Source: Escherichia phage vB_EcoS_FFH_1
Sequence record: KJ190157
Length of the DNA stretch: 64,000 bases
Strand: one strand, 5' to 3'
The notes beneath the pieces are model-generated. The model had not been told where the DNA came from, ran no database searches, and saw only the letters and a program-made list of their open reading frames with translations. The position numbers and the translations under genes were made by a program. This document shows, in pieces, positions 36,509 to 46,026 of this stretch (its first letter is position 1; each line of letters starts with the position of its first letter).

Positions 36509-37492
36509 ATGACAGAAGAAGTAACTAAGAGTCCTGAGACCGTCGCTAGCGTTGCAGCAGAATTGCACCGTCACGAGGAATCAGATAAGAAAAAGTGGGA
36601 GAAGGTCAGAGCCTACGAAGAAAAACATCGTGAACACGATGATAAAGAAGATGATGATGAACATTGTCATAAATATGGAAAACATAAAATGCAAGAACCA
36701 GTAAACGTATTCACTAGTGGCTTCCCTGGCCTACTGGGTGGTTATCCAGCAAACGCAAGTGCTTTCGGTGGTGAAGGTATGGGACTATTCGGAGCTATCC
36801 TAATCGGTGCTCTATTAACAGGCGGATTCGGTGGTTTCGGTGGATTCGGCGGACGTGGTGTAGTTGGTGAAGGTACCGCAGTTGATGCAGTACTTCAGAA
36901 CCAAGATACCGCTAGTATTCTAGCAGCTATTAACACTACTCGTACAGAAGCTAACCAGGGTACTGGAGCTGTTTTAAGCGCAGTTAACAATGGTTTTAGC
37001 CAGACATCCCAAAACCAGAGCCGTGATACTCAGTCTGTACTGACTACGATCTATGGTACAGGTGCTAATCTGTCTAATCAGATCTGTCAGGAAACTCGCA
37101 ACGTTATTCAGGGTCAGTTCGATCTTTCTCGCCAGATTGATCAATCTTTCGCAGCTAATCAGATAGCTCGTGCACAAGATAAGTTTGATTCTGCACAGAT
37201 CGCTTTCCAGCAGACTTTACAAACTAATAACCAGTTTGCCGCTGTTCAGGCTCAGATGTGTGCTAATCAGAACTCTCTGGAACGTCAGATCGCTGAATGT
37301 TGCTGTGAACTTCAGACTGCGATCGCTGGTGTAACTACTGCGCGTATCCAGGATGAGTTAGATGCATGTCGTCTACGTGAAGCAATCGCTGCGGGTAACG
37401 GTGCTAACGGTCAGGTAATTAATCAAATCGCTGTAAGTCTTGGTGCTATAACTCAGACTCTGGCTGGTCTGCAGGCTAAACTGCCGGCTTAA
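36509..37492 (+). CDS. Gly-rich/Gln-Asn-rich protein of unknown function
   Basis: start at ATG after AGGAGG RBS; charged His/Asp/Lys N-terminus, glycine-zipper hydrophobic segment (GGFGGFGGFGG), Q/N/S/T-rich C-terminus with CCC; E. coli-like codon usage. Confidence 0.6.
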   Translation: MTEEVTKSPETVASVAAELHRHEESDKKKWEKVRAYEEKHREHDDKEDDDEHCHKYGKHKMQEPVNVFTSGFPGLLGGYPANASAFGGEGMGLFGAILIGALLTGGFGGFGGFGGRGVVGEGTAVDAVLQNQDTASILAAINTTRTEANQGTGAVLSAVNNGFSQTSQNQSRDTQSVLTTIYGTGANLSNQICQETRNVIQGQFDLSRQIDQSFAANQIARAQDKFDSAQIAFQQTLQTNNQFAAVQAQMCANQNSLERQIAECCCELQTAIAGVTTARIQDELDACRLREAIAAGNGANGQVINQIAVSLGAITQTLAGLQAKLPA

Positions 37493-37513
37493 TATTAAGG
37501 GGAGGAGCCCATT

Positions 37514-37930
37514 ATGAGTAAATATGGTTTTGTAAATAACGGACTTAATCAAAGTATGGGCTCCCAGCAGCCCCTGCCTGGTCTGGATAACCCCTACTTA
37601 CAACAATTGCAACAGCGTTTAGCAGAAGCGCAACAGATGCAGCAACAACTCCAGCAAAACCCTGGAAGTGTGAGTCCTATGCAAATGATGCAGCAAATGA
37701 GCGGGCAGTCGCAAATGCCTCAACAAATGCAGCAACAGGTGCCTCAGCAGCAAGTTCAGCAACAAACCCAACAACCGCAGGTTTCTGCGGAAGGACAGGC
37801 AGTACTAGCCCTTTTCGAAGACTTCGCAAAGACAGAGGATGGGAAACAGCTTGTATCACTTATGGGTAAGTTTAATAGCTTCTGCCAAAGCCAAGTTGCA
37901 AAAGCTCAAAATGGTGGTAATAACTCCTAA
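37514..37930 (+). CDS. Gln-rich low-complexity protein
   Basis: 138 aa; strong RBS GGGGAGGAG; poly-Q/M tracts. Confidence 0.55.
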   Translation: MSKYGFVNNGLNQSMGSQQPLPGLDNPYLQQLQQRLAEAQQMQQQLQQNPGSVSPMQMMQQMSGQSQMPQQMQQQVPQQQVQQQTQQPQVSAEGQAVLALFEDFAKTEDGKQLVSLMGKFNSFCQSQVAKAQNGGNNS

Positions 37931-37939
37931 GGAGAAATT

Positions 37940-38134
37940 ATGTGTTGCAGAAAACCTGTTTCGTGCTGCCCAATGCCTGTAGCACGTTGTTGCTCTCCAG
38001 CAATGTTTACACAAATACCGGCGTTCAATCCCTTTGCCTTTAAGCCTACTCTTATCCTGCCCCCTAGAGTAGATTTTCAGTCAAGATTGGCCTCCCGTAT
38101 GGGTGGTTGCTGTACACCGAGAGTGTGGTTCTGA
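37940..38134 (+). CDS. small Cys-rich protein
   Basis: 64 aa; paired cysteines (MCC...SCCP...RCCSP...GGCCTP); RBS AAGGAGA; terminator follows. Confidence 0.5.
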   Translation: MCCRKPVSCCPMPVARCCSPAMFTQIPAFNPFAFKPTLILPPRVDFQSRLASRMGGCCTPRVWF

Positions 38135-38148
38135 AGAACCAAACAATA

Positions 38149-38182
38149 AAGCCCCTAGTCGAAAGACTTAGGGGCTTTTCTG
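38149..38182 (+). terminator. terminator ending the plus-strand module
   Basis: AGCCCCTA...TAGGGGCT followed by TTTT; A-rich on the other side. Confidence 0.7.
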
Positions 38183-38192
38183 TATTTAAGAT

Positions 38193-38230
38193 AAAAGAAA
38201 AGCCCTGCGCTCTCCAGGGAACGCAGGGCT
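38193..38230 (-). terminator. terminator after SPFH gene
   Basis: perfect 9-bp stem AGCCCTGCG/CGCAGGGCT, U-rich on minus strand. Confidence 0.7.
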
Positions 38231-38254
38231 TACTTCAGATGTTACATGCGGATA

Positions 38255-39202
38255 TTATTTATTACGCATATCCATGATCATTTGACCATCGTAGCCAGTA
38301 CCTACCACAGTCTGTGGTACACCACCTTGATATTTCTGAGCACGAATCATTTCGACTTCCAGTTGTTTCCAACGAATCATCTCAGGAGTAATGGTACGTT
38401 GCAGTGCGGCGTTAGCTTCAGCTTCTTTCTTAGCTGCGTACAGTTTAGCATCTGCGTCACGTTCATTAGCGATAGCTTGGTTGTTGCGAGCTTCACGATC
38501 TGCTTCTGCTTGTTTAACTTTTTGCTGTGCTTCCTGTTCAACACGAGCTAATTCAGCTTTAGCAGCATTAACCTGTTCTTCACGAACTTTGGTATTCTGT
38601 ACCTGTTCCATGATTACCGGTGGCAAAGTAATATCCTGAAGGAATACCTGCTTAACTGTGTAACCATATGGGCGTGCATACTCTTCAACTTCCTGTTGAA
38701 TTGCAGTTTGCAATTGAGCCTGAATTTTAGCATCAAACAAATCTTGTGCTTTAGGTACAGACTTACCAAACTCACGAATAGTAGACAGTAATTTTTCAGT
38801 TACATATTTGTCTAACGCTTGATCCTGAGTACCTGCGTTAATACGGTTAATTGGTGCCTTAGAACCATCAAACTGCAACATAACAGTCAGGTCAACAGTG
38901 GATTTAAACTTATCCTGGCTAGGAACCTGAAGTTTATCTAATTTTACAGCAATATCTTTTGTACTAAAAGTGTCGAAAGATGCAAATGGGTTTACAAGAT
39001 GGAAACCTGGTAATACTGGGTTAGGATCTACTTTACCCAGAAATGTTTGGGTTTTAACCGTACCATCAGAAACAATAGTATATGAATTAAAGGCTAGAAT
39101 CAAGCCTGCTAAACCAACTACAGCACCAATACCCCAACGTTTAATAGTACGAATTACTTTCTGCTCAGAAGTCAGTTCTTTCATATTTTTAGTATTAAAC
39201 AT
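38255..39202 (-). CDS. SPFH/band-7 (HflC/stomatin-like) membrane protein
   Basis: 315 aa; N-terminal TM, SPFH-like core, Ala/Glu/Gln-rich coiled-coil C-terminus. Confidence 0.65.
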   Translation of the reverse strand: MFNTKNMKELTSEQKVIRTIKRWGIGAVVGLAGLILAFNSYTIVSDGTVKTQTFLGKVDPNPVLPGFHLVNPFASFDTFSTKDIAVKLDKLQVPSQDKFKSTVDLTVMLQFDGSKAPINRINAGTQDQALDKYVTEKLLSTIREFGKSVPKAQDLFDAKIQAQLQTAIQQEVEEYARPYGYTVKQVFLQDITLPPVIMEQVQNTKVREEQVNAAKAELARVEQEAQQKVKQAEADREARNNQAIANERDADAKLYAAKKEAEANAALQRTITPEMIRWKQLEVEMIRAQKYQGGVPQTVVGTGYDGQMIMDMRNK

Positions 39203-39236
39203 ATATTTCCTTTGTTTTAGTTACAGTTAATAAAAT

Positions 39237-39311
39237 TGGCCGAGGTGACAGGATTCGAACCTGCATAAAGGAATTTAGAAGACTCCTGCCTCTCCCTTAG
39301 ACTACACCCCG
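39237..39311 (-). tRNA. tRNA-Arg(UCU)
   Basis: T-arm ACAGG-ATTCGAA-CCTGC; loop TTAGAAG; isolated just upstream of the SPFH gene. Confidence 0.6.
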
Positions 39312-39812
39312 TTTAAATATTTTTAAGAACTCTCGTAAAAACTCTTAAAAATACAGACGATACCGGGAGAGTCATAAGTCTCACTCATTAAGTATTTCAA
39401 GACAAAATACAGTAACGTCTATTATTTTCCAGTTTAAGTCAGGGTGACTTAGTGGTTATGTCCTGCGGTATATTGAGGACTCGGTTAGGCTTGGGGTCAT
39501 GACTTCCCGCCTTTTGCTGCTACTCAACAGGAGTTATCGCGAATTACCTGTGCTATTGTGCACCATTAGTGACATCTCTCATGTCAGCATTTCCCACTTT
39601 GTGGATAGCTTGAAAAACTACTCCGATATGGAGAAAAACTTCACTATCCTAGAATACCTTCTAAAGTTCTTCTTTAGCCTGGACATAGTTAAAGCGTAAT
39701 AAAACTATTCAGCAGACTGGTTGGTTAGTCTGGAACCAACTACCGCGTGGTTTAGGCAGTGCGCAACTAACCTCGGAAGCTTTTACGTTAAAAGCATCAG
39801 TTATCCAGTTCT

Positions 39813-39884
39813 TACCGACCGTAGGATTCGAACCTACATCTTCCACCAGTTACGGCTTGATAATACCAATTATACTAGGACGGC
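39813..39884 (-). ncRNA. tRNA-like element, identity unresolved
   Basis: perfect T-arm GTAGG-ATTCGAA-CCTAC and partial acceptor pairing, no convincing anticodon arm. Confidence 0.3.
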
Positions 39885-40122
39885 AGTGTTACTACATAAG
39901 TGATTTCCACACCCCACTATTTATAAATTAGAGAAGAGTTTAGGGGAGAGGTTTCAGACGCCTCATTTTACACGTTCTAGCCACTAACCGGGATTGCCGC
40001 CCCCTGTGTACTAGTTTTACAACTAACCCACCGACTCTATTCAACGAATCTTAGTGCTCGACGCATCTTACATTAAGACAAGTTCAGCGTAATCGGCTCG
40101 CTGTTCTCTAATTTATGAATAT

Positions 40123-40151
40123 ATTATACAGAATTTATAAGCATTTAGCAA
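40123..40151 (-). promoter_or_regulatory. T5-type early sigma70 promoter
   Basis: TTGCTA, 17 bp, TATAAT; points towards the tRNA-like element, tRNA-Arg and the SPFH gene. Confidence 0.7.
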
Positions 40152-40159
40152 ATAAATTT

Positions 40160-40603
40160 TTAATTAAATTCGCCAGCAATCTGAGCAGCAGTACCACCAT
40201 CGTAACGCCCAGGAAATTCTTCCTTAATCGCTTTCATCAGCATACCTTTTGTAATTCCAGGGTTTAGCTTAACTAATTCTGCAAAGTATTTACGAATCTC
40301 AGTATCAGATAACTGAGGAGGCAGATACTCCTGCAACCACTTATTTAGAATGTATTCATACTGAGCGGACTGCAAGCTATAACTATCAAGATCTTGACCA
40401 TGAAGTTTAGCTTTCATCTGGTTAATGCTTTTTAGTTGAGCTTTGAGATAAGACACAAATTGTTCAGAAGTGATGAAATCTTTATCAATACGCTGAAGAT
40501 CCCCGATTATGGTCTGATAGCTTTTAGCGACTTCTTTATCAGAACCATTAAACTTAGAATCCTGCAAAGCTCTACGCAAAACATCTAAAATATTCTCTTC
40601 CAT
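40160..40603 (-). CDS. GatB/YqeY-like domain protein
   Basis: 147 aa; overall resemblance to YqeY family, recalled not searched. Confidence 0.45.
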   Translation of the reverse strand: MEENILDVLRRALQDSKFNGSDKEVAKSYQTIIGDLQRIDKDFITSEQFVSYLKAQLKSINQMKAKLHGQDLDSYSLQSAQYEYILNKWLQEYLPPQLSDTEIRKYFAELVKLNPGITKGMLMKAIKEEFPGRYDGGTAAQIAGEFN

Positions 40604-40804
40604 TATTTCATTCCTAACGCTTGGTTAAAAGATTGTTCTGTCATAACTGCTGAGACTTTGGCGAAATCAAACTTTTTAGGGTTCGTAGTGATTTCAGCAA
40701 CGTTAGAAGTTTTAACAGTTTTCGTAGTACGAATACCGCGAGTGTTAACACCAATAATTACAACTGATTTCATATTTCGCTTCCTCTCATTAATTTATGG
40801 AAGT

Positions 40805-40833
40805 ATTATACGGAAATTTAAGTATTTAAGCAA
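40805..40833 (-). promoter_or_regulatory. T5-type early sigma70 promoter
   Basis: TTGCTT, 17 bp, TATAAT. Confidence 0.7.
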
Positions 40834-40841
40834 GTAAATTT

Positions 40842-41309
40842 TTAAGTTTTAGTGACAACAGGTTTATAAAACGTATGTCCCTTAATCTTAGTTGTTTTCT
40901 TAAACTTCTTTGTCCAGTAAGGTTTATCTTTACCACTATGGAAGTATAGTGCTCCATATGTAGGATCTTGTGGTAAATCAACGTAGTATATCACTCTAGC
41001 TAAATTCTTAGCGGTTTGCCAAGCCTCATCAGTTTTATCAACTTTTGGTCTCTTAGATACCCAAGAGAACTGGTTAGACTGATATACTACTTTACAGTAG
41101 GAATCTGGGAATTTACCGGAGTTTACACGGTTCTTAGTAACATGTGCAATCGCCGTCATTCCCTTTATGCCCTCACCACGACTTTCGAAATAGATATTTT
41201 TAGCAATGCAATCTATTTCTTTTGCATCGTGCGATGCCTGACTACTAAAGCTGAAGGTAAGGGCAGCTACTAAAAGCAAAGCTGCCTTCATTCTTTTTAC
41301 TCCTGCCAA
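40842..41309 (-). CDS. secreted cell-wall hydrolase (SleB-like)
   Basis: 155 aa; signal peptide; conserved NIYFESRGE...HVTKNRV region. Confidence 0.5.
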   Translation of the reverse strand: MAGVKRMKAALLLVAALTFSFSSQASHDAKEIDCIAKNIYFESRGEGIKGMTAIAHVTKNRVNSGKFPDSYCKVVYQSNQFSWVSKRPKVDKTDEAWQTAKNLARVIYYVDLPQDPTYGALYFHSGKDKPYWTKKFKKTTKIKGHTFYKPVVTKT

Positions 41310-41614
41310 TCATATTCAACACGATTGGGATTTTCTTTATACCCTAAGTCAAGCAAATCATTACGCATAGTTTGCTTAGCTACGGGATTCGAGGTTACTA
41401 GTACCACTTTCTTTGGTCTCTGCCCAAACTCTAAGAGTAAACGAAGAATTTGATAACCTTCCATACCATCTACAGCCAAGTCATTATCCATATAAACGAA
41501 GTGGCCTGTGGTATCAGTTTTATTCAGAAACTTTACAGCGGCTTCTGGGGTTCGAATGATAATGTCCATTCCGTGAAGATTACGCACATCATCAATCAAA
41601 ATATGAAAAGTCAT
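41297..41614 (-). CDS. hypothetical protein
   Basis: 105 aa; promoter 41645-41673. Confidence 0.5.
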   Translation of the reverse strand: MTFHILIDDVRNLHGMDIIIRTPEAAVKFLNKTDTTGHFVYMDNDLAVDGMEGYQILRLLLEFGQRPKKVVLVTSNPVAKQTMRNDLLDLGYKENPNRVEYDWQE

Positions 41615-41644
41615 AATAGCCTCGTTTCATCAATTTAAAAATAT

Positions 41645-41673
41645 ATTATACATATAATGTAGTAGATTAGCAA
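41645..41673 (-). promoter_or_regulatory. T5-type early sigma70 promoter
   Basis: TTGCTA, 17 bp, TATAAT. Confidence 0.7.
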
Positions 41674-42056
41674 ATACATTTTTAAATTGTGAAACTAGTA
41701 AACCGATAAACAGCCTAGAGGCGCCACAGGCCATATCTTATGAGCCATGTACCTTTGATCTAGGGTTTGAATCATCAACGAATACTTTGCATCTTTTAGC
41801 TTTAGAAGTTTAGAAGTTTGAGTTCTTTAAACTTTTCAGCTTTCATACTTAAATGTTGATCTTTGAAGTTGTGTCGATAATATCAACGACGCTTTGTTCT
41901 TACGTGTCAGCTTAAAAGGCTGGTGTAATAAACATAATCTCCAATAGATTATACTTTATAGTATGGTCAGCGGTCTTATTTAACCTCGTATTTCAACCGC
42001 TGCTGCGAGGTAAGATGCTTGGGCTTTCGTCTACCGATTTACTAGCTTTTAAATTA

Positions 42057-42695
42057 TTACTCTACTTCAATGAGGGTAGAGGCGTTAGACTCGGACAGAA
42101 CAAAGTCAACATTTGTTGCAAAGTCCTGGTATTCCTCGTCATGCTGCTTAATCAGCTTCTCCAGTTCCAGCGGATCAATCAAGAATGGAGTATTCTTGAG
42201 TTCCAGCAGGTTGAGCTGCATTTTAACTTCATCTTCGGAAGTTTTCTTATCGCGGGTAGCCATACTATCCTGCAAACGCTCATATTTAGCATCAAACTGT
42301 GCTTTCTGCGTATTAAACTTAACCGTAGCGGCATGGAACTGCTTACGCATGTTAGCCAGCAATTGGGCTTTAAGTTCCATAGAACGCTTAGCTTCAATTG
42401 CTTCCGCAACAGTCATCTTACGAGAGCCAATCTCAACGATTGTTTCCGCATTGCTTTTAATCAGAGCAGCTTTGATACGATCACGCTGGGACATCATATC
42501 CAGCAGAGACTGGAAATCAGTCTTAATACGAGTAGACAGATCAGCTACTTCGATTGCAGCGCCAACTACAACCTGGTTTTTATCCTTACCTTCACCAACA
42601 GCGATCAGAAGCTGTTGTTCAGTAGCTTTACGGATTTTAGCTTCCAGAGATTTGATAGTTGCCAGAGCGCGAGTTTTAGAGATACGAGTAGTCAT
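42057..42695 (-). CDS. coiled-coil protein
   Basis: 212 aa; strand consistent with neighbours and promoter; overlapping plus-strand ORFs treated as shadows. Confidence 0.55.
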   Translation of the reverse strand: MTTRISKTRALATIKSLEAKIRKATEQQLLIAVGEGKDKNQVVVGAAIEVADLSTRIKTDFQSLLDMMSQRDRIKAALIKSNAETIVEIGSRKMTVAEAIEAKRSMELKAQLLANMRKQFHAATVKFNTQKAQFDAKYERLQDSMATRDKKTSEDEVKMQLNLLELKNTPFLIDPLELEKLIKQHDEEYQDFATNVDFVLSESNASTLIEVE

Positions 42696-42748
42696 TATTT
42701 GCTTCCTTATATGAAGTTTGAGATTTGAATTTGTTTAAATTTGGTCTA

Positions 42749-42931
42749 TTACAGACCAATTGCCAGCAGAGTGCGCAGAACAGTATCGTTACTGTTATCA
42801 ATTTTAGGATTAGCACGATTTAGCAGATCAAAGATTTTCTGGATACCTGATTGACGTTCAGCCATACGACGGATACCCAGATTACGAGTAGCTTTCTTAC
42901 CATTTTTACGAACATTTTTAGATACTGGCAT
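42749..42931 (-). CDS. small basic protein
   Basis: 60 aa; promoter 42972-43000. Confidence 0.45.
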   Translation of the reverse strand: MPVSKNVRKNGKKATRNLGIRRMAERQSGIQKIFDLLNRANPKIDNSNDTVLRTLLAIGL

Positions 42932-42971
42932 ATTTGTTTTCCTCTTATTGTTTTCTCAAATTTATGAATAT

Positions 42972-43000
42972 ATTATACAGAATTTTGGGGCCGGAAGCAA
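42972..43000 (-). promoter_or_regulatory. T5-type early sigma70 promoter
   Basis: TTGCTT, 17 bp, TATAAT. Confidence 0.7.
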
Positions 43001-43001
43001 A

Positions 43002-43703
43002 TCAAATTTTCATTTTTTCGATCATAGCTGCAACACAATAGCTTTCAACTAAGGCATCAAATGCAGGATCATGCTTAACCGGATAGATCCCATAACGAAT
43101 AGTGTCCATCTTCTCCATTTTAGCTATTGCCCAGCTAATACCTTCGGTCTCTAGAGCCTTATAACTGTATCCAGCTTGCATCCAGAGATTACGAAGAGAT
43201 CGAACATTGCCCAAATTCCAGAATTTCCACGGAACTACCTCTTCATTGGTTCCAGCATGGAACGTATTTGCAGAGTAGATAGTCATATCAAACTCTGGGC
43301 CATTGCCATAGTACAAAGCATTGTCGCCTAGAGCCAATTCCATAATATTTTGAGCCATAGAGAAGGCAGCATAGTTAGAGCCAAGTTTATTAGTGCAATG
43401 ATGTTTACCATTTTGGAAGGCAATCAGTTTTGGATTACGTTCCTTCATAGCTTCCATAATGTGGATAGCAGACGGGCTATTTTTAGCTTGATCCATCCAG
43501 AATGCTAGAGTAGATGCTGTAACTTTAGCACCAGAATTAAACTGATCTTGCACATCCAAAGTAACAAATACTAGATCAGGGTCTTTATCAATTCCATGCA
43601 TAGCCACAAAAGCGAAAGAAGGCATTGCGATATGAGTAGTACCACAATCTCCTGGAGTTCCTAGAGATTCAATATCTAGCATACCAAATGGTTTTACTTT
43701 CAT
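43002..43703 (-). CDS. DEDDh-type 3'-5' exonuclease
   Basis: 233 aa; Exo I motif MLDIESLG, Exo III motif HDPAFDA. Confidence 0.6.
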   Translation of the reverse strand: MKVKPFGMLDIESLGTPGDCGTTHIAMPSFAFVAMHGIDKDPDLVFVTLDVQDQFNSGAKVTASTLAFWMDQAKNSPSAIHIMEAMKERNPKLIAFQNGKHHCTNKLGSNYAAFSMAQNIMELALGDNALYYGNGPEFDMTIYSANTFHAGTNEEVVPWKFWNLGNVRSLRNLWMQAGYSYKALETEGISWAIAKMEKMDTIRYGIYPVKHDPAFDALVESYCVAAMIEKMKI

Positions 43704-43731
43704 AACTTATCCTTTATTGTGTAGAAAACTA

Positions 43732-43968
43732 TTAAAGAGCTGTCTCTTTAATAGACTCCCACTTCTTGGGGTCTTTAAAACCAGGAAGCATATCCTCACT
43801 GACATCCCAGTTCTCTTCCATAGAGAAGTCGGGCCATTCATTCCAGCTACCTTCCAGCTCTTCATAACAGGTATCCATTACCTCATGACTAGAAAGTCGT
43901 GTATAATCCCTAGCTGACTTATGGGTGCTAGCACGGTTAAAATCATTCTTTGCTACAAAATTACGCAT
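43732..43968 (-). CDS. hypothetical protein
   Basis: 78 aa. Confidence 0.45.
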   Translation of the reverse strand: MRNFVAKNDFNRASTHKSARDYTRLSSHEVMDTCYEELEGSWNEWPDFSMEENWDVSEDMLPGFKDPKKWESIKETAL

Positions 43969-44009
43969 AGTTTCTCCAAATAAGAGGGGCTTTCGCCCCC
44001 TGATTTAAA

Positions 44010-44225
44010 TCACTTGCCCAGCAGTTTAAGGATATTTTCCATAATAGTTTGGGCAGACTTTTCACTCTTGTTAGTTTCAGCCAACTTTAAAGCGAGTTCT
44101 TCCTGCTGTTTCTGAATATCAGCTGCGATTTTTTGATCAGCCTCAATACGAGCTTGAAGCTCATCAGTGATAGTGGTAAAGGAAGCAACGATTTCAGTAA
44201 CAGAACGTGGTTTCTTAGAGAACAT
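44010..44225 (-). CDS. hypothetical coiled-coil protein
   Basis: 71 aa. Confidence 0.45.
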   Translation of the reverse strand: MFSKKPRSVTEIVASFTTITDELQARIEADQKIAADIQKQQEELALKLAETNKSEKSAQTIMENILKLLGK

Positions 44226-44289
44226 AAAAAATATCCTTGATTAGTTAGAGAATTAGTCGATTGTAGGGGCTTTCGCCCCTACTTATCTA

Positions 44290-44805
44290 TTACTTCGCTT
44301 TACGCTTACGAACTGGTTTAGCAGATTTACGAGCAGAATCACCCGTGAACTTAATGCCTACACCGTAACACAGAGCACGAACATTATCTTTACTATACTC
44401 TACGCCAAAGATATTTGGCTTAACAGAACCAAACTGTCCACGAGTATCACGCAATACATCTGCTGTTGGTTTACGCTTCTGGTTAACTGCTTTCTCGTAA
44501 TCTTTCATGGCCATGCCATTACGAGGGAACAATTCTGCTCCAGCATTGAAACTCAGTGCTACTGGAACAGATTTGTGACCATAACCCTGTACATAGGTCA
44601 CAAGGCGGGCTACAGAACGAGTGGCATTCTTAGCCTTCGGCTTTTGACGAATCGGAGCCGGATTATTCAGTGCTTGAGCAGCCTGAGCATCAGTAGGGTG
44701 CTTGCGCAGGTGGCGTTCCAGACGAGCTTTGCGGTTAGCCTCAGTCTGCGGGAAAGTTTTAACTGTAGTAGCTGCTTGAGTTTTTGCGTTTTTCTGCTTA
44801 GCCAT
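44290..44805 (-). CDS. basic protein (possible nucleic-acid binding)
   Basis: 171 aa Lys/Arg-rich; promoter 44844-44872. Confidence 0.5.
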   Translation of the reverse strand: MAKQKNAKTQAATTVKTFPQTEANRKARLERHLRKHPTDAQAAQALNNPAPIRQKPKAKNATRSVARLVTYVQGYGHKSVPVALSFNAGAELFPRNGMAMKDYEKAVNQKRKPTADVLRDTRGQFGSVKPNIFGVEYSKDNVRALCYGVGIKFTGDSARKSAKPVRKRKAK

Positions 44806-44843
44806 TATTTGTTTTCCTTTTTGTTTATCAATTTATGAAGTAT

Positions 44844-44872
44844 ATTATACAAGAATTTGAAGCGTTTAGCAA
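44844..44872 (-). promoter_or_regulatory. T5-type early sigma70 promoter
   Basis: TTGCTA, 17 bp, TATAAT. Confidence 0.7.
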
Positions 44873-44888
44873 ATGAATTTTTTAAAAA

Positions 44889-45167
44889 TTATCTACCAAC
44901 CATCTTGGCTTGTTCTGCATCGGAAACATATTGATACGCTCCTTTATTATACGCTGGAGCAGTACACATTTTCTTACGCTCAATCTCTTCTTGAGCTTTT
45001 CTTTCGCGTTCAGCTAATTCTTCATCCAGATAAACTAAACGTTGTTCTGGAGGAGGTGGAAGACGTGTTTCTGGCTCACCAATATTAGCCTTTCTTATTT
45101 GACGAGGTGATTGTGCACGTTTTCTCAACGGTTTAAATCCTAATGAATTTGAGTTATAAATTCGCAT
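44889..45167 (-). CDS. hypothetical protein
   Basis: 92 aa; promoter 45195-45223. Confidence 0.45.
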   Translation of the reverse strand: MRIYNSNSLGFKPLRKRAQSPRQIRKANIGEPETRLPPPPEQRLVYLDEELAERERKAQEEIERKKMCTAPAYNKGAYQYVSDAEQAKMVGR

Positions 45168-45194
45168 AAAGCCCTCCTCACTTTCAATACGAAT

Positions 45195-45223
45195 ATTATA
45201 CTAAATTAGAGGGCTTTAAGCAA
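45195..45223 (-). promoter_or_regulatory. T5-type early sigma70 promoter
   Basis: TTGCTT, 17 bp, TATAAT. Confidence 0.7.
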
Positions 45224-45243
45224 GAAGATTTTTAATTTATTTA

Positions 45244-45732
45244 TCACATCTCGGCAAGTTCTTGCTCAGTAATAACTGTGTTACACAATGCATCTACAGC
45301 TTCATTACCACTAATACCAGAATGTCCTTTAACCTTAATAAAGGTAGGATTAGTATTATGAAAGTTGATATACTGCTGTGTTAATTTAAATGCTTCCTGC
45401 CAAAGTTCTAGATTAAGAGGAACTTCACCATCTGCTTTCTTCCAGCCTTTCCTTTGCCAAGAAAACATCCAACTTTCCATACCATTTTTGCAATAAGCAG
45501 AGTCAGTATAGATAGCAATTGGTCTATTATCTTTTTTAACAGACCAACGTAGAGCTTCTACAATAGCTGTGAGTTCCATCTCATTATTTGTAGTTTTAGG
45601 ATTATAACCAGATTTAGAACCTAAACGATCGTCGTTATCATCATAGACAATAAAACCCCAAGCACCTGGACCTGGGTTAGACTTACAAGCACCATCTGTG
45701 TAAATGTGGAAAACCGACATTATACCTCCCAA
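45244..45732 (-). CDS. rnhA: ribonuclease H
   Basis: 162 aa; YTDGACKSNPGPGAWG N-terminus and DSAY motif typical of RNase HI. Confidence 0.85.
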   Translation of the reverse strand: MGGIMSVFHIYTDGACKSNPGPGAWGFIVYDDNDDRLGSKSGYNPKTTNNEMELTAIVEALRWSVKKDNRPIAIYTDSAYCKNGMESWMFSWQRKGWKKADGEVPLNLELWQEAFKLTQQYINFHNTNPTFIKVKGHSGISGNEAVDALCNTVITEQELAEM

Positions 45733-46001
45733 CTAATTTTAAGACCCATGTCTACAAAGGCGGCTTCTCGGTAGTATTGTGAGAGATGATACCCCTTATC
45801 CGATAAGGTTTTTAGTACCGATTTAGCTGCTCCTGGCATTTCTCTAGGATTATATAGCCACCTAGCGTAAGGATTATCTCGAATAATTACTTCTGTATTT
45901 CCAGACTTAGCAGCTTCTACAATCTTTTCTTCTATAAACTTTAGAAATGCGGGTACTTCTGTTAATCCTGCAAGTTCTTGGGCTTCTTTGGCTGAAATCA
46001 T
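45720..46001 (-). CDS. hypothetical protein
   Basis: 93 aa; promoter 46027-46055. Confidence 0.5.
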   Translation of the reverse strand: MISAKEAQELAGLTEVPAFLKFIEEKIVEAAKSGNTEVIIRDNPYARWLYNPREMPGAAKSVLKTLSDKGYHLSQYYREAAFVDMGLKISWEV

Positions 46002-46026
46002 TGTATACCTCCAATTTATAAAATAT

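Noticed and set aside
42015-42728. Plus-strand ORFs 42015..42728 and 42070..42714 (237 and 214 aa)
   Set aside because: They overlap the minus-strand ORF 42057..42695 almost completely, have Ser/Leu/Cys-rich low-complexity translations and no RBS or promoter; treated as antisense shadow ORFs of the coiled-coil gene, which has the canonical promoter context.
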